64,000 bases of DNA from Vitrella brassicaformis CCMP3155. Its lineage: Eukaryota; Protista; Chromerida. The notes under the pieces are model-generated. The model was given only the letters and a program-made list of their open reading frames with translations, had not been told where the DNA came from and made no database searches. Location of the stretch: assembly GCA_001179505.1 (NCBI GenBank), contig CDMY01000313.1, positions 62,020-126,019 on the forward strand, written 5' to 3'. This document shows, piece after piece, positions 49,001 to 60,971 of this stretch (positions are counted from its first letter, which is position 1; every line of letters starts with the position of its first letter). The position numbers were made by a program, and so were the translations under genes.

Positions 49001-49443
49001 AGGGTATCATGGACTGAGAAAGACGACTCGAAACCTCTGAAGGAACAGCGCTTCCTCGTTAGGGATCACGGCTACGACAAAGCCAAGGTCAGCAGGCCGC
49101 CGTCCACTCCCCTTTACCTCCACCTCTGTCTGAGTCTGTCGTGTGTCCATCCATCCGTCAGGCGCTGGCCGAACAGCACCGTCGTGAGCTGGAGCGCACC
49201 GGCCGGGCGTCGGTCAGGAAGCAAGCGGAACATCAGAGCGGCGTCAAGGGCGTGGTGTACCACAAGAAGCAGATTGCTTGGGTGGCCACATGGCATGAGG
49301 ACGGCAACCAGAAGAAGGAGAAGACTTTTTCTGTGGGTAAGATGGGAATGGAACGTGCCAAGCAGGCCGCCATTAGACATCGCCGGGCGATGGAGGCGAA
49401 GCATCACAGATACCAACACAAGGGAGAAACGGCCGGCCGTTGA
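46055..49443 (+). CDS. Multi-AP2-domain cluster, paralog 2: about five AP2 or AP2-like domains, one or two genes, interrupted by an N gap
   Basis: EHQSDVVGVRWHNAGQAWQSGWYEKG...HGFDRAK|ALAEEHRREME; KHQSGVKGVYYEKRSNAWVANWYEDG...GYEGAKQAAISHRR; divergent GISWRTNYSHEAYFW...AFREAVEYRN; EHQSDVVGVRWTEKPPGWRVSW...HGYDKAK|ALAEQHRR; EHQSGVKGVVYHKKQIAWVATW...GMERAKQAAIRHRR. Confidence 0.85.
48405..48704. other. Assembly gap (N run) within the AP2 cluster
   Basis: 300 N. Confidence 0.99.
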
Positions 49444-51546
49444 GCGGTGGCAGCGACGGAGTGACAGAGGGAGAGGGAGGGGGAGTAGAGAGAGGTGGGG
49501 CCGGCCTGACGGATCTAGGCTTATGTCATTTTCTACGTCTGAGGGCGATAGGGGGGTGGGTCTTACTTAGGGAGATACGTTGACGAGGTGCATGTGGGCG
49601 TGTGTCGTCTTCAATTCTGTGTGGTGTGGTTTCCCCGCCCGCCCCTGTAATTAGCTGGAACATGACTGTGCGTGTTTGGATACTTTACTGTCCGAATGAT
49701 TGGCGGATGCGCCTTCGTCAATAGTGAGTGGGCAGATCGTCAAATGCCTTCCTGTCCTTGATTGATCCAGCCACACCACACCACACACGGCCACCAAGCC
49801 AAATCCTTCCTCTTCAAAACACAAGCAGTCTCCGGAAACGCACAAAAGGGAACAAAACGAGAGAGACGGAGCGTACCGATAGGCACACGGACGCCCACAC
49901 CCACACCCACAGCCACACCCACAGCCACAGCCACGCTCACATCCAAAAAGATCGCTCACTCACTCACGGACAATGGCCTATCTCCATCTCTCAGCCAGGG
50001 CACACACACATGAATTCACCCAGTCGCATTTGGAAAAAGTGAGCTGCAAAAAAGCTGACGGCCTCGTCAGTTAAAAGCTCTCTCATACAGCATACAACCA
50101 GCACAGCACAGCACGGCACAGCTTAGCTCACACACGCCTCTTCTGTCTGTCTGTATGTCTGTTGCTCTACTGTGCGTGAGCCGCACGGGACGGACACACA
50201 GCAAGAGCAAGGCCTGCCTTCTTGAAGCACCATGCACCCCCATGTGCAGCCATCCCATCTCAATCCATCATACAGGCCCAATAAATAAGCAAATAAGTGA
50301 ATAAATCACTAAGAAACACCGACAGACCATCGATCGGTGCGCATTGCCCTCCCATCCCATGATCTGTCTGTCTGTCTCAGCTCCCAGGCTCCCTCTTGCG
50401 GTTAAACTACCCGCCCATCTGTGTGTCACCCGCCCGATCCATCGGCCCCTCATCGATCACATCACCCCATGCCATGTGTGCTGGAGGGACACTCAACCAA
50501 ACCATCGACGTCCCTTTTGTTTCAGCACGCCCACGCACTCATACGGTGAGTGACCCATTGCATTGCTGTGTGTGTGGGGGCCGGTCTGGTCTGTGTGCAC
50601 CCACATACCACCCACAAGCCAGCGGCAGGGGGGATGAGCTCCGCGCCGCGCCGCGGTTGTCGCGTTTGCACATAGATCGACACAGATCCACACAAACACA
50701 CACACACACACACACAGAGGACACACAGACTGAGGCAGGAAACTAGACTAGACTAGACTGGCACTAGAGCTTCAAGGCCAAAACCACTAGAAGAGCTTAT
50801 CCAGGGCAGCGATGTAGCTGTCGGTGGCCTCGTGGTCGTCCATCAGACCTACGCTCACACACACACACACACACAAGCCACAACGCATCCACTCCCCCAT
50901 CACAGTAGCTATGAAGCCATTCACACACACATACGCCCTCACCCACTCACTCACCGTGGTGGCTGACGTATCCATCAGGTCGAATAGAGACGAATGCCCC
51001 AGAATGGTCGAACGGGTCCATACTAACAATCGTCGTATCCGTCGAACGGGTCCATCCATCCACCATTGAGATGTCTCACTGACTGCAGCAATCATCGTTT
51101 GCCCTCTCTGCCACCGATTGCCATCCCCCCATCTCATGCATCACCTCCTTACCTACACACACGCATACCCACACCCACTCACACGGAGACAGACAGACGG
51201 ACAGACGTTCACTCGGTGCCCCGGGCACACACAAGAGATGCGCTGCACAATGACTTTCTTTCTCTGTGTGGAAAGCACACCCATGCATTCATAACAATGA
51301 CGTAGATGTGGATCTATGGCACTCAGTCGAGTGGTGTGAGCCTCTCATCCCCCACCACCTACTCACTGCTCTTGTCACTCGGGCGAACTCAGAGATGGCG
51401 AGCCACCGCACAGCAGTCTTTGTCTCAAAAGGCGGCAGCCAAGCATTCGGTCGGCATGCTCTCTCGGCTGTCTGTCTGTCTATCTGTCTGTCTGTACACT
51501 AAGTAGCTATTCACAATGGCAACTAACAATCTCCCCCATCCCCTCC

Positions 51547-53982
51547 TCAGTCCCTCCAGCCCTCCTCATCGTCGAGCCCCATGTCCTCCTCGTCATCACT
51601 GTCGTCCCACGGCCATATCACCATCTCGACGGTCAACTCGTGCTCATTCGGCCCGGCTGCCAGGTCCTCGATCGACGAGTCCTCACCATCGTAGCGCCGG
51701 TAGAGCATGGGCAGACGCAGCTCCATGCCATACTCGGCCATGTCCTCGCGCACACGGCCCTCGCGGAACAGCAAGTCGAGCTCGCTCTCGACTTGGTCAG
51801 CGTTGCCAGGGGCGGTGAAGATGTCTGCACGCTCGCTGAGCTTGAAGGTGGCGTGCTTCGGCCGCAGCTCGTGGACGAGGCGGAAGAGGTCCCCTAGCCG
51901 CATGGGGACGCTCTCGGCTCTCGCGTTGTAGATGTCCTCGGCGCTGCCCACCATGTTGATTGGGATTGCTTTGATCTCGATGTTGAGCTCTTGCACTCTG
52001 GGGTACTGTCGGGTGGTCTGGGGTGAGGGAAAGGCGACCGGGGCGGCCGCCTTGGTGCGGGGCCGGTCGAAAAACAGCGGCTCGTTGTGCACTATCTCCA
52101 ACTTCTGCGACCCAAGTGAGAAGGGTTGATTCATGAGGGAGGGATGTGGCCGTGTAATGTGTGTGTACATCTGTACCTTGAGTGGCTTTGCGATGCCTTG
52201 CTGGATGTATGCCAGCGCTTCAGAGGCCATGATGGCGTGGACCGGCCAGTAGTCGAGCTCCACCTGAATGAGTGCGGGGAGGGATGAGAGGAGGCGGGAG
52301 AGTCGGTTGGGCGTGGCGAGCGGGATCAGGTACTCGGGGTCGCACGTCGGGATGCCATATGAGCCACTGTTGACTTCCGTTAGGCAGAGCGTCGTCACGT
52401 TGCTGAATTGACACATACACGCGCAGAAATTGAGCCAGTCGCCTTTATCGCCCTTGTTGTCGCCTCACCTGAGTGACTTGAGCGTGGTCTCCTCGGTCAG
52501 CCACAGAGGAATGCAATTGAATGACTCGGCATCGACATCGGGGCCGGCGGTGCGGAGTGTGATCTCAAGTGTGGATGCGTTGTCGAATTGGATGCCGCTG
52601 AAGTGGGGGCTGGTGGGATCGCCGGACCGGCTATCCAACCACACGCAGTCCCCCCCTCCCGCGTGCCGTTTGATAGTCTCCACGATCTCGAGGGTCTCGG
52701 CGGCCGGCGGGCCCTCGGTGGTCTCACCACGGCATTGTATGCATGTCGTCCCTCCCTCTCTCACCACCTCCCAACCCATTTTCTCTGCCTCACGAATCGT
52801 CTGCACCGAGTCTCCACAGGACCACAGGGGCAGATCGGGAACGTCACCGACCAGGTCATGGACAATCCGAAGGGGGCAGTTGACCTTGAGCTGGCGCTTG
52901 GCGGCTCCCGATGGGGAGGAAGAGGGGGAGGGCGAGGGCCAGGGGGAGGGGGAGGGGGCCGCACTTGCGCTGCTGCTGGACGAGGCGGCCGCACCACCGC
53001 CGCTGTGTGGCGTCAGCTGCCGCAGCAGACTCACCACCCTGGTTCTCTCCGTGTTGTTGCGGTGGCCCTGCAGCTTGAGGTGGCCGACATAGCGCAGCTT
53101 CTTGAGCAATGGGAGGGCAGCAGCAGTGAGGGGCACGACGCAGCTCTCGTTTCTGCCGTAGACATCGCAGCACAGCAGTGGGAAGATGTCCAGGTGGCTG
53201 AGCGCGGGGGACGAGCCGAAGATGAACGCCAGACTGCGATCGAGCACGGCGCGGATGGATGCCCGCTTGGCCACAGCGGATGGGGGGTCGGGAAAGTAGA
53301 TGGATGGCTCGCGCCTGAGGTTGGATGTCTCTTTGTCGGAGAGCACCTTGGCGGTGAGGCGCTCGAGTGCCGGGCAGACGAGCTTCTGCTGCTGGAAGAG
53401 ATGGAGTCCGTCGAGGCTGTCCACCTCAACCGACCGGACCGACGGAAACACCGCATCGGGCCCCTTGACCTGCGCCACCGGCAGGCCGCTCGCCGTGTCC
53501 TCAGACCCTTCGCCCCCATCCGCATCACGATCCTCATTGTCATCTTCGTCCGGCTGCTGCTTGGCTTGTGTCGTCTGGATTGCCTTGAGCGTGTCGGTGT
53601 GGTTGACCAGCTGCAGCGAGACGAAAGCAAAGAGCCGCGCCCGGCCGATCTCCTCGACCTCCTCGTCTCTGGGCAGCAGGACAATGGCGTGCTGCTGCTG
53701 CTCGAACGTCACCAGGCTGCCGCCGGGTCCCCTGCAGCTGAGGCCGTGGTTGGGGCGGTGCCAGTTGATGACGCGGATCAGCGAGTAGATGGCCCAGTAG
53801 AAGGCCCGGCAGACGCAGCTCATCGCCAGGCGCTCCTTGACGGACTGATACGATGACACGTTGAGCCAGAGGTCAAGCCCATCCAGAAGGCTCGTGAGGC
53901 TCTTCGACGCGGTGCGGTTGGATGAGTCATCGCTCTGAGCTGGAGGGGCTGTGCGAGAGGCTTTGGCTGGCGGGCCGTCCAT
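51547..53982 (-). CDS. F-box-like protein, paralog 2
   Basis: Clear paralog of 25626-28043: same start (MDGPPAKA.RTA), same F-box-like motif, same exon layout and the same acidic end DDSDDEEDMGLDDEEGWRD. Confidence 0.6.
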
Positions 53983-54304
53983 CGCCCAGCAGACACACAC
54001 CAGAGATCAGCTACGCTACGCTACGCCGCTACAGCTTCCTGCAGGTCCACACACACAGACGCACACACAGGAAGATGCCATAGCGTCTGTCGTGCTGTTT
54101 CCCCCCAGCCCGCTTACAGTTCGTGCGATGAATGCATTGCTGCAAGACCCTCTCGTCCATCATTTCTTGGCCATCTATGCCCTCTGGTGGCGGTCGGTTT
54201 GTCGGAATTTGAGGGTGCGCTACCACAGGAACACCTTACCAAACAGTGTCGTGCTCCTTTCCCTTCCCCGTTCAGCTGTGCGAGCTTGAAGCCAGCAGAT
54301 CTCT
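53983..54304. promoter_or_regulatory. Duplicated copy of the F-box/Hsp33 intergenic (putative bidirectional promoter) region
   Basis: Aligns to 28044-28393; homology ends at gccagcagatctct, 7 nt before the first Hsp33 ATG in the source copy. Confidence 0.6.
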
Positions 54305-54339
54305 TGTGTGCCCTCTCACGCCGGGCGGTCTTAAGGATG

Positions 54340-56160
54340 CCACGCATGGGTTGCTCGGACTTGAGGGTGCGCTACGACAGGTCTCTCGGCATGCAAGCTT
54401 GAAGCCAAACCAGTGACTCAGAGAAGGAACGCGGAAGCGCGTGAGGACAGGCGCAAGGGGTGGTCGCTGCTCGTGGCGATATCAGAATGCGTCAAGTAAG
54501 AAAGATCACTCATCCATCTCGCCAGACGACTCGACGTACAAACCGACCCGCTCTCTTTCTGCAGATCCAAAGACGTCGACAAGCTTGAGCAGCTGCTGAA
54601 TGACAACAAAGAGGTACCCAACCCGACAGACGTGCCAAAAACACGAAAAGAGGTCGGTGGATGGCTGTTGTGTGCCGCAGCTCATCGAGCGGCCGGAGGC
54701 CTCTCTGCGCACCGACGACGGGGACGACGAAGGGTCAGCGACCATGCGGCTCTCGGCTGTACACTCTTTGCTGTGTGTTGTGTGTTTCCGCCTTTGTGCA
54801 GCCGCCTGGAGGAAACGAACACGGATGACACAAGTGAAGACCCAGCACCTTCGGAGGAGGAGCCACCACCACCACCACCACCAGCAGTGTAACCTGCCGT
54901 CGGCAGATCCACGAAACCATCCGAGAGCGGCAGCAATGACGAGCAGCAGCAGCAACAACAGCATCAGGACCAAGCAGCAGGACTCAGCTCTTACTATCAT
55001 CGCATAGAAGCGAAGTCGGCAAGATTACTGATGGATTCGTGTCGATGCTGTCCGCCCTGCCAGCCTGGAAGATGGTAAGCACCACGGCAGCAGGCATAGA
55101 CGCCTGCCACACACAAGCCTGACTCTCTCATGAAGTCACTCTGTCCATCGCCCTGTTTGTTTGTGCCTCAGAGGGTCTGCCTTCATTCGCTTCCCATGTG
55201 CCGCAGACCGACCAACGGCCAAGCAAGCGCCGACTCGGTTGTCCGCCTCCATAGGTGTGTGCGTATGCCTGTTGACCCAACAAAGCTGACGGGATTCTCA
55301 AATTGCTGGGCTCTGTGTGTGTGTGGGTGGCTTGCTTTCAGAGTCGCAGAGGTGCGGGTTTTCTCGAGTCGGGCCCGAGATGTTTGGAGGAAGTAAGAGG
55401 GAGATGGATGGATGTGTGTGGGTAAGGGACGTCATCAGACAGCGGCGTGTGTGGTGTGGACGCGATGATGACAACACTAGTACAACCACCATTGTGTCGG
55501 CTGAGCCTCTCTGAGAGGGCGTGCTGTTCCATCTCATGCATCACCAACTGACCCACACAGACAGACAGACAGACAGACGTTCTGAGCACCGGGCACAGAA
55601 CAGACGCACTGTCTTCTCTCTCTGTTTCTGTGTGTGTGTCTGTTTCTGTTTTTCAGGTCTGACGAGGTGTGTGAAGTGCCGGCAGCGTGCAAGACTTCCA
55701 CACTCACTACGACGCCTCCCGCCACTCCCTCCTCGGCCATCCCCGTGAACGCCATCCTGCCGCCTCCAAAGGCCAGACGGCTCAACCTCGAGCAGCCGGG
55801 GTGTGTCCACACCAACACGGACCTCTTCAAGGGCTTCCAATGGCGTGCCATTCATCCCCAGCGACATAGTCTGGGGGGCCCTCAGCATCGCCATCGACTC
55901 GCGAGTGCTGGAACTTGCGCAGCTTGACTAAGGTGTCGTCGCAGAGCGGCGGTCGGGGTGCGTGTGAGGCGACACAGCGGGCGACATGTGAAAGGGCAAG
56001 GTCTGTCCGAGAGCGGCCACCAGGGCACTGTGGACAGGTGCCGAGAGATGCAGATGGCCGAGGGGAGGGGACAGCTTCGGTGTGTGGGTTGGGTTCAAGC
56101 TCCCCATTTGACCAGATGGGCTGGTAGGTAGATATGTTGTCGATATAGAGGGAGAGTGGC
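54340..56160 (+). CDS. Orphan multi-exon gene or pseudogene
   Basis: Phase-consistent exons with GT-AG ends: ...REDRRKGWSLLVAISECVK|SKDVDKLEQLLNDNKE|LIERPEASLRTDDGDDEG|RLEETNTDD...; further exon-like blocks to ~55930. Frame continuity is unclear and no domain was recognised. Confidence 0.35.
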
Positions 56161-56219
56161 AGCTGGGTGTGTGAGGGGATGGACGTGATGGAAATGACTG
56201 GGCTGTCATCTGCACTAAA

Positions 56220-56519
56220 NNNNNNNNNNNNNNNNNNNNNNNNNNNNNNNNNNNNNNNNNNNNNNNNNNNNNNNNNNNNNNNNNNNNNNNNNNNNNNNNN
56301 NNNNNNNNNNNNNNNNNNNNNNNNNNNNNNNNNNNNNNNNNNNNNNNNNNNNNNNNNNNNNNNNNNNNNNNNNNNNNNNNNNNNNNNNNNNNNNNNNNNN
56401 NNNNNNNNNNNNNNNNNNNNNNNNNNNNNNNNNNNNNNNNNNNNNNNNNNNNNNNNNNNNNNNNNNNNNNNNNNNNNNNNNNNNNNNNNNNNNNNNNNNN
56501 NNNNNNNNNNNNNNNNNNN
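56220..56519. other. Assembly gap (N run)
   Basis: 300 N. Confidence 0.99.
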
Positions 56520-56673
56520 CCCGCCACTATCGAAATTGCTTTCCAGGCCCCTGGAGAGCCTCTGTGACCTATAAGTGTCCATTTGGTTCTATCAGCAGTG
56601 CGGACCAGCAACAAAACCCTTCTTCTCCGTTGTCTCACTCTCTATCCGCACCACGGCACTCGCGGGCGTCATC

Positions 56674-59600
56674 ATGGCGTCGTCTTCGGCCCTCTCAGGG
56701 GCAGGGCTGTCGCCCACGACGATGGCCCAGCAGGCGGAAACTGTGAACCATAGCAAGATGAAGGAACTCGAGGCCTTCATTGAACGGTGAGATCACATAT
56801 GGCGTGCATTCAGCGGTGCACTGCAATGGTGTGACGTGTCGTGAGGCTCTGTTGGGCTGTTCTGACGCATGCATGGCCATCTGTGAGATCAGATAGATGC
56901 ATTTCAATGGGCCCCAAAGCATTTGGCCGTGTGTCATCTCTGTGTGTGGTGCAGATGCAATAGTCAGCTTTGTGGAGATCTGATAGTGGTCCGTTCGACG
57001 ATATTCGACGCTCTCGAGGTGGAAAACCTCGTCCAGAGCACCCTCAAGTCTCAGCTGGCTGCCCACACCAAGGCGAAGCAGGCCCCCAACGTGGTGCGCC
57101 TTGACCCGTTGAGCAGTGGCGACGGCACATACGATGGTGTGACGGTGCTGCGAGACATCTCGTTGGCCATGTGGCCCCGCACCAAGGGCGGGAAGCCGGT
57201 CATTGAGCGGGAGGTGAATGACATGATTGTTAAGTGTCGGCGGCCTGACTCTCATGCTCCCGGCTGTCCCGTTCACGTTGGTGTGTTGATGGACAAGATG
57301 CTCGACAAACTCAAGTTCAAGAAGAGCATCTGGTGGGTGGGCCACTGGGCAAGGAGGCAGGGAGGGATGCTGTATGGTCTTGTGATGTGATGGCTTCAGG
57401 TTTGTGGTGATGCCGCATATGGACATGTCGCTGCTGCCGTTGCTGGCGAATCTGACCACCGACGAACGGTCTAAGATGGCCATCATAGGTAGGTGGCCAC
57501 CGAGCCTCAGCCGCACACACACACACACACACGCCACCACGCCGATCAGCAACCAGAGCCCATAGGTTCATCTCATCTGCCCTTCCCTTGATGTGCCTTT
57601 GCAGGTCTGCAGACTGTGTCGGACCATACCAGTGGAGCCACGACGCTCGGAAGCTCACACGGTACGCAAGATACTGCTGGCACTTACCCGGCAAAGCACA
57701 TTTGTATGTGTCTCTTTGTCTGTCTGCAGGCTCCCCCAAGTACCAGGTCCTCCGTTACGCTGACATCGCACTCCTCGCCGCCCCCACCAGTGTGCCGACC
57801 AACGCCGCTGACATCGCACTCCCCCCAGCCCCCACCCACGGCCCCCCGAATAAGAAGACCCGTACCAGGGCCACCAAAGCGTCATCCAGGACCTCGCGCC
57901 TAACGTCATGGCGCTCGACGACCATTTGGCGGCGGATGGTGAGGATGACGACGATGACGTGTACGAGCCGCGCGCCGCCAGACAGGCCGGTGGCAAGTCG
58001 TTTAACGCACAGTCGCAGGGCCAGGGCAAGGCGCCCCGAGTGCGCAAGGAGAGGGGGGAGACGAAGGGCCACATGCCGTTTGTCGAGATGGGGCTGGGAG
58101 GCTATGAGCAGCAGATGGGGTTCGGTCAGAATGAGGGCATGGACGTGTGTGACATGGGGCCGGGGATGGTCAGCGGCCTCGTCGAGGGCACATTGCCGAA
58201 AGACACTGCGGCGAAGGCCACGAGGTCAGACAGACACACAGACACAAAGAGACACACACACGAGAATGGGCGAATGCCTTGGTCCTTGTTCAGTGTCTCG
58301 CCGTTTGAGTTGAAGAAGGATCACCTGCCCGCGGGCATTCCTGCGCACGCTGCGGGCATCTCTGCGCACGGCCACAGCAACAGGGATACCCCGCACAATG
58401 GGACCGGCGCCAAGTAGGCACCGAAGGGAAGACTCACCCACCCGCATCGCCGGCTATCGATGGATACATGTGTGTTGATTCAGGGCTCGTTTGGCGGACC
58501 AACTGCGTAAGATGAAGGTCAAGGTGTCAGCCCCCACACCTCCGCTCGACAGGTATGTGTGTGCACCTGCAGCCAGCAGACACACGAGACACCCCCAGCC
58601 CATCCTCTCTCCCTCTCTCCCTCCGTCCCTGTTTGTCTGGCTGTCTCTTTGTTTGTCAGTATCCCTCCCATCAGTCGTCGGCCGGGCGCACTGTCGTCGG
58701 CCGAGGCTCATGGCATCGATCCCTCGCCGCTGCTGCCGTCCAAGACGCCGTCCTTCCCGGCGGACGACAGCCAAGAGGACACCAGCACGCGGCCAAAGGA
58801 GGACAAGAAACGCCTGCCAGAGCAGCACAAGAAGGACAATCGCACCGCTCAGGGGTACGCTGACAGACAGTCAGTCATGGAAGCAGAGGACGGAAGGCAC
58901 ACCGACGCACGACCATGCATGTGTCTCCTTCGTGTCTGTCTGTCTGTCAGGTCTGTGAGGAAGTCGCTGGCGGCGGAGCTGCTCCGCTCGCGTAAGGTGC
59001 TGTCGACGCACCCCATCCACACAGCCATCGCCACCGCATCGCCCCCCGCCAAGATGACCATCGAACACAGGTGGGCAAAGGGATCAAAGGGGCAACACCA
59101 TCCATCCATCAGACGTCAACTTGCTCTCTATGTCTCCCCACCTCAATACAGCCCGGAGCCCTCACCCCTCCTGCCGTCGCCCCCCGTCTCCCAGCACGAC
59201 CGCTACCGGCTGTCGTCGCCCCCCAACCCACCGCAGGAGCCGGACCCCTTCGCCAGCGGCCCCAATACTCACGGCATGGTGCTCCGACAGAACCGCAAGA
59301 AGCGCACCAGCAGCCCCCTCCCGTCACCCAGCCCCACAGACAGCGACCACCAGCCCCTCACAAAAGCCAAGCGAGCCGCCGTCCGCCGCCCGAAGTCTCA
59401 CGAGAAGGACGAGACGCTGCCCGTCTTCGGTGGCCTGGGGGAGGAGGTCCTGTAGGGGCCGTTGAACAAGGGCCGGGAGGGCGAGATCGTCAAAACAACA
59501 GAGGCAGCGGGCGGCCATGACGCCTTCCCTAAGAGGCAGAGGGCGCCGCGCGGCAATGGGAAGAGCCGCCAGACGCTCAAGTGGAACGACCCCCGAGTGC

Positions 59601-59833
59601 TGGGCCGCCTGCAGAAGAAGATTGAGGCCATCAGCCGTGCGTCGGATTTCCAGTGCCGGCTGGACCTGGCGCGGTGCCGCCTGGCCGCAGAGGAGGACCC
59701 CTCGGAGGGCGGCGGCGATGGTTATGAGCCGATGGACATCGACGAGGGTGCGGGTGCCGCTGGCGGTGCTGACGATGACCGGGAGAGCCTGGCGGAGCGG
59801 CTGGGCAGGGGGGCGCACATCATCATGAACTAA
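56674..59833 (+). CDS. Uncharacterised multi-exon protein: globular N-terminal region, long Ser/Pro/Lys-rich tail, in-frame TAG at 59453
   Basis: MASSSALSGAGLSP...KMKELEAFIER|CNSQLCGDLIVVRSTIFDALEVENLVQS...KKSIW|FVVMPHMDMSLLPLLANL...; downstream coding-like exons 57908-58225, 58950-59070 and 59150-59833. Confidence 0.55.
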
Positions 59834-60971
59834 GAGTGAGAGACAGAGACATCGATGGCTGCAGAGGGGATGCATGTGTGTATGTGTGTATGTGTTGGTG
59901 GGTCCAATGTATAAAAGCCGGATGGTCTGCATAAATGGCTTTTGCTTTGGAGCGGACGCGACTCGGGTGGCAGGCGAACGGAGAGAGACTCTCTGTGTTG
60001 TGTGAAGCCGCATTGGTCGGCAGAGTGCCCCTCGGGAATTGATTGCGGCACGAAAACGGCGCGCAGACAATTAAAGCGCACAGACATGACACACGCGCAC
60101 ACACAGACACACAGACACACAGACATACACGGTCCCTCTCGTATGACATGTCTCTCTCCCTCTCCCATGGCAATGAAGCCAAACAGCCAGACAGACAGCC
60201 ACGTTTGCTGGTTTGCAAGGAAATCTTCTGCCTCTCTCTCAGCTTTGCTATTGCGCCGTGCGCAGCCTCTGAGGCCCAAAGAATGAACGGACACGGAGGA
60301 AGTCAAAGACTTCGTTAACAAGCACAGCTAGTGCCGGACGGAGAGAGAGACGTACATATCCAGCGATTCACTCACTGCCCTCACTGCCAATGCGCCATCA
60401 TGTCGGACCAGCAGCAGATTGATTGATTGATTGACTGCTGCCGCACCGTCCCGTTGATGTGCAGAGTGACTGATCATGAGACCCACACCAACATGCCCAT
60501 CGATTGAGCATCCATCCATCCATCCATCTATTCATCCATGAATGTCTTTTTGGACGGACCGATCGGTCTGTCTGTCTGTCTGTCAGTCGCGATACAATAC
60601 ATGTCACCACATGGACACACACAAGCACGGCGGATCATCGGATGGATGGATGGGTGGATGGAGCCACGCACGGCAGGTGAGGCGAAGTAAGACACTCTTT
60701 CACAGACACACACGGCGAAAACCACTGGTCACTTGTTGTCTGTCGCGCATACACACAGTCAGTCAGACAGCCGGCCATGGGCCCGCTTTCTGACCCTTGC
60801 CGCCTTGCCTCATTCACGCCACCCAAACCAGCAGAGAGTACTTATAGAGGCCTCGGGAGGGTCAGAGAGCCAAAAACGACTAATGACACGATTGACTCAC
60901 ACGCACGACACACACACACACACTCAACCAGGAGGACGGCCACGCATCCACGCAGGCTATCGCCCATCTCG

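Noticed and set aside
49893-50770. Short periodic repeats ((C/G)CCACA units at 49893-49935; (ACTAG)n at 50742-50767) as a CRISPR-like or telomere-like array
   Set aside because: Simple tandem repeats with no unique spacers; eukaryotic context and no cas genes.
54890-54892. Third apparent in-frame stop (TAA) in the orphan gene
   Set aside because: All three frames are partly plausible here and the exon structure is unknown, so it may be the true stop.
1949-56519. Long ORFs running through X stretches
   Set aside because: Artefacts of fixed-length ~300-N scaffold gaps.
22622-59455. Reassigned genetic code (TAA/TAG = Gln)
   Set aside because: Conserved genes here (Psb28, PPase, Hsp33, HID1 with TAG; TMC with TAA) end at these codons exactly where homologs end, and long conserved exons show no internal TAR.
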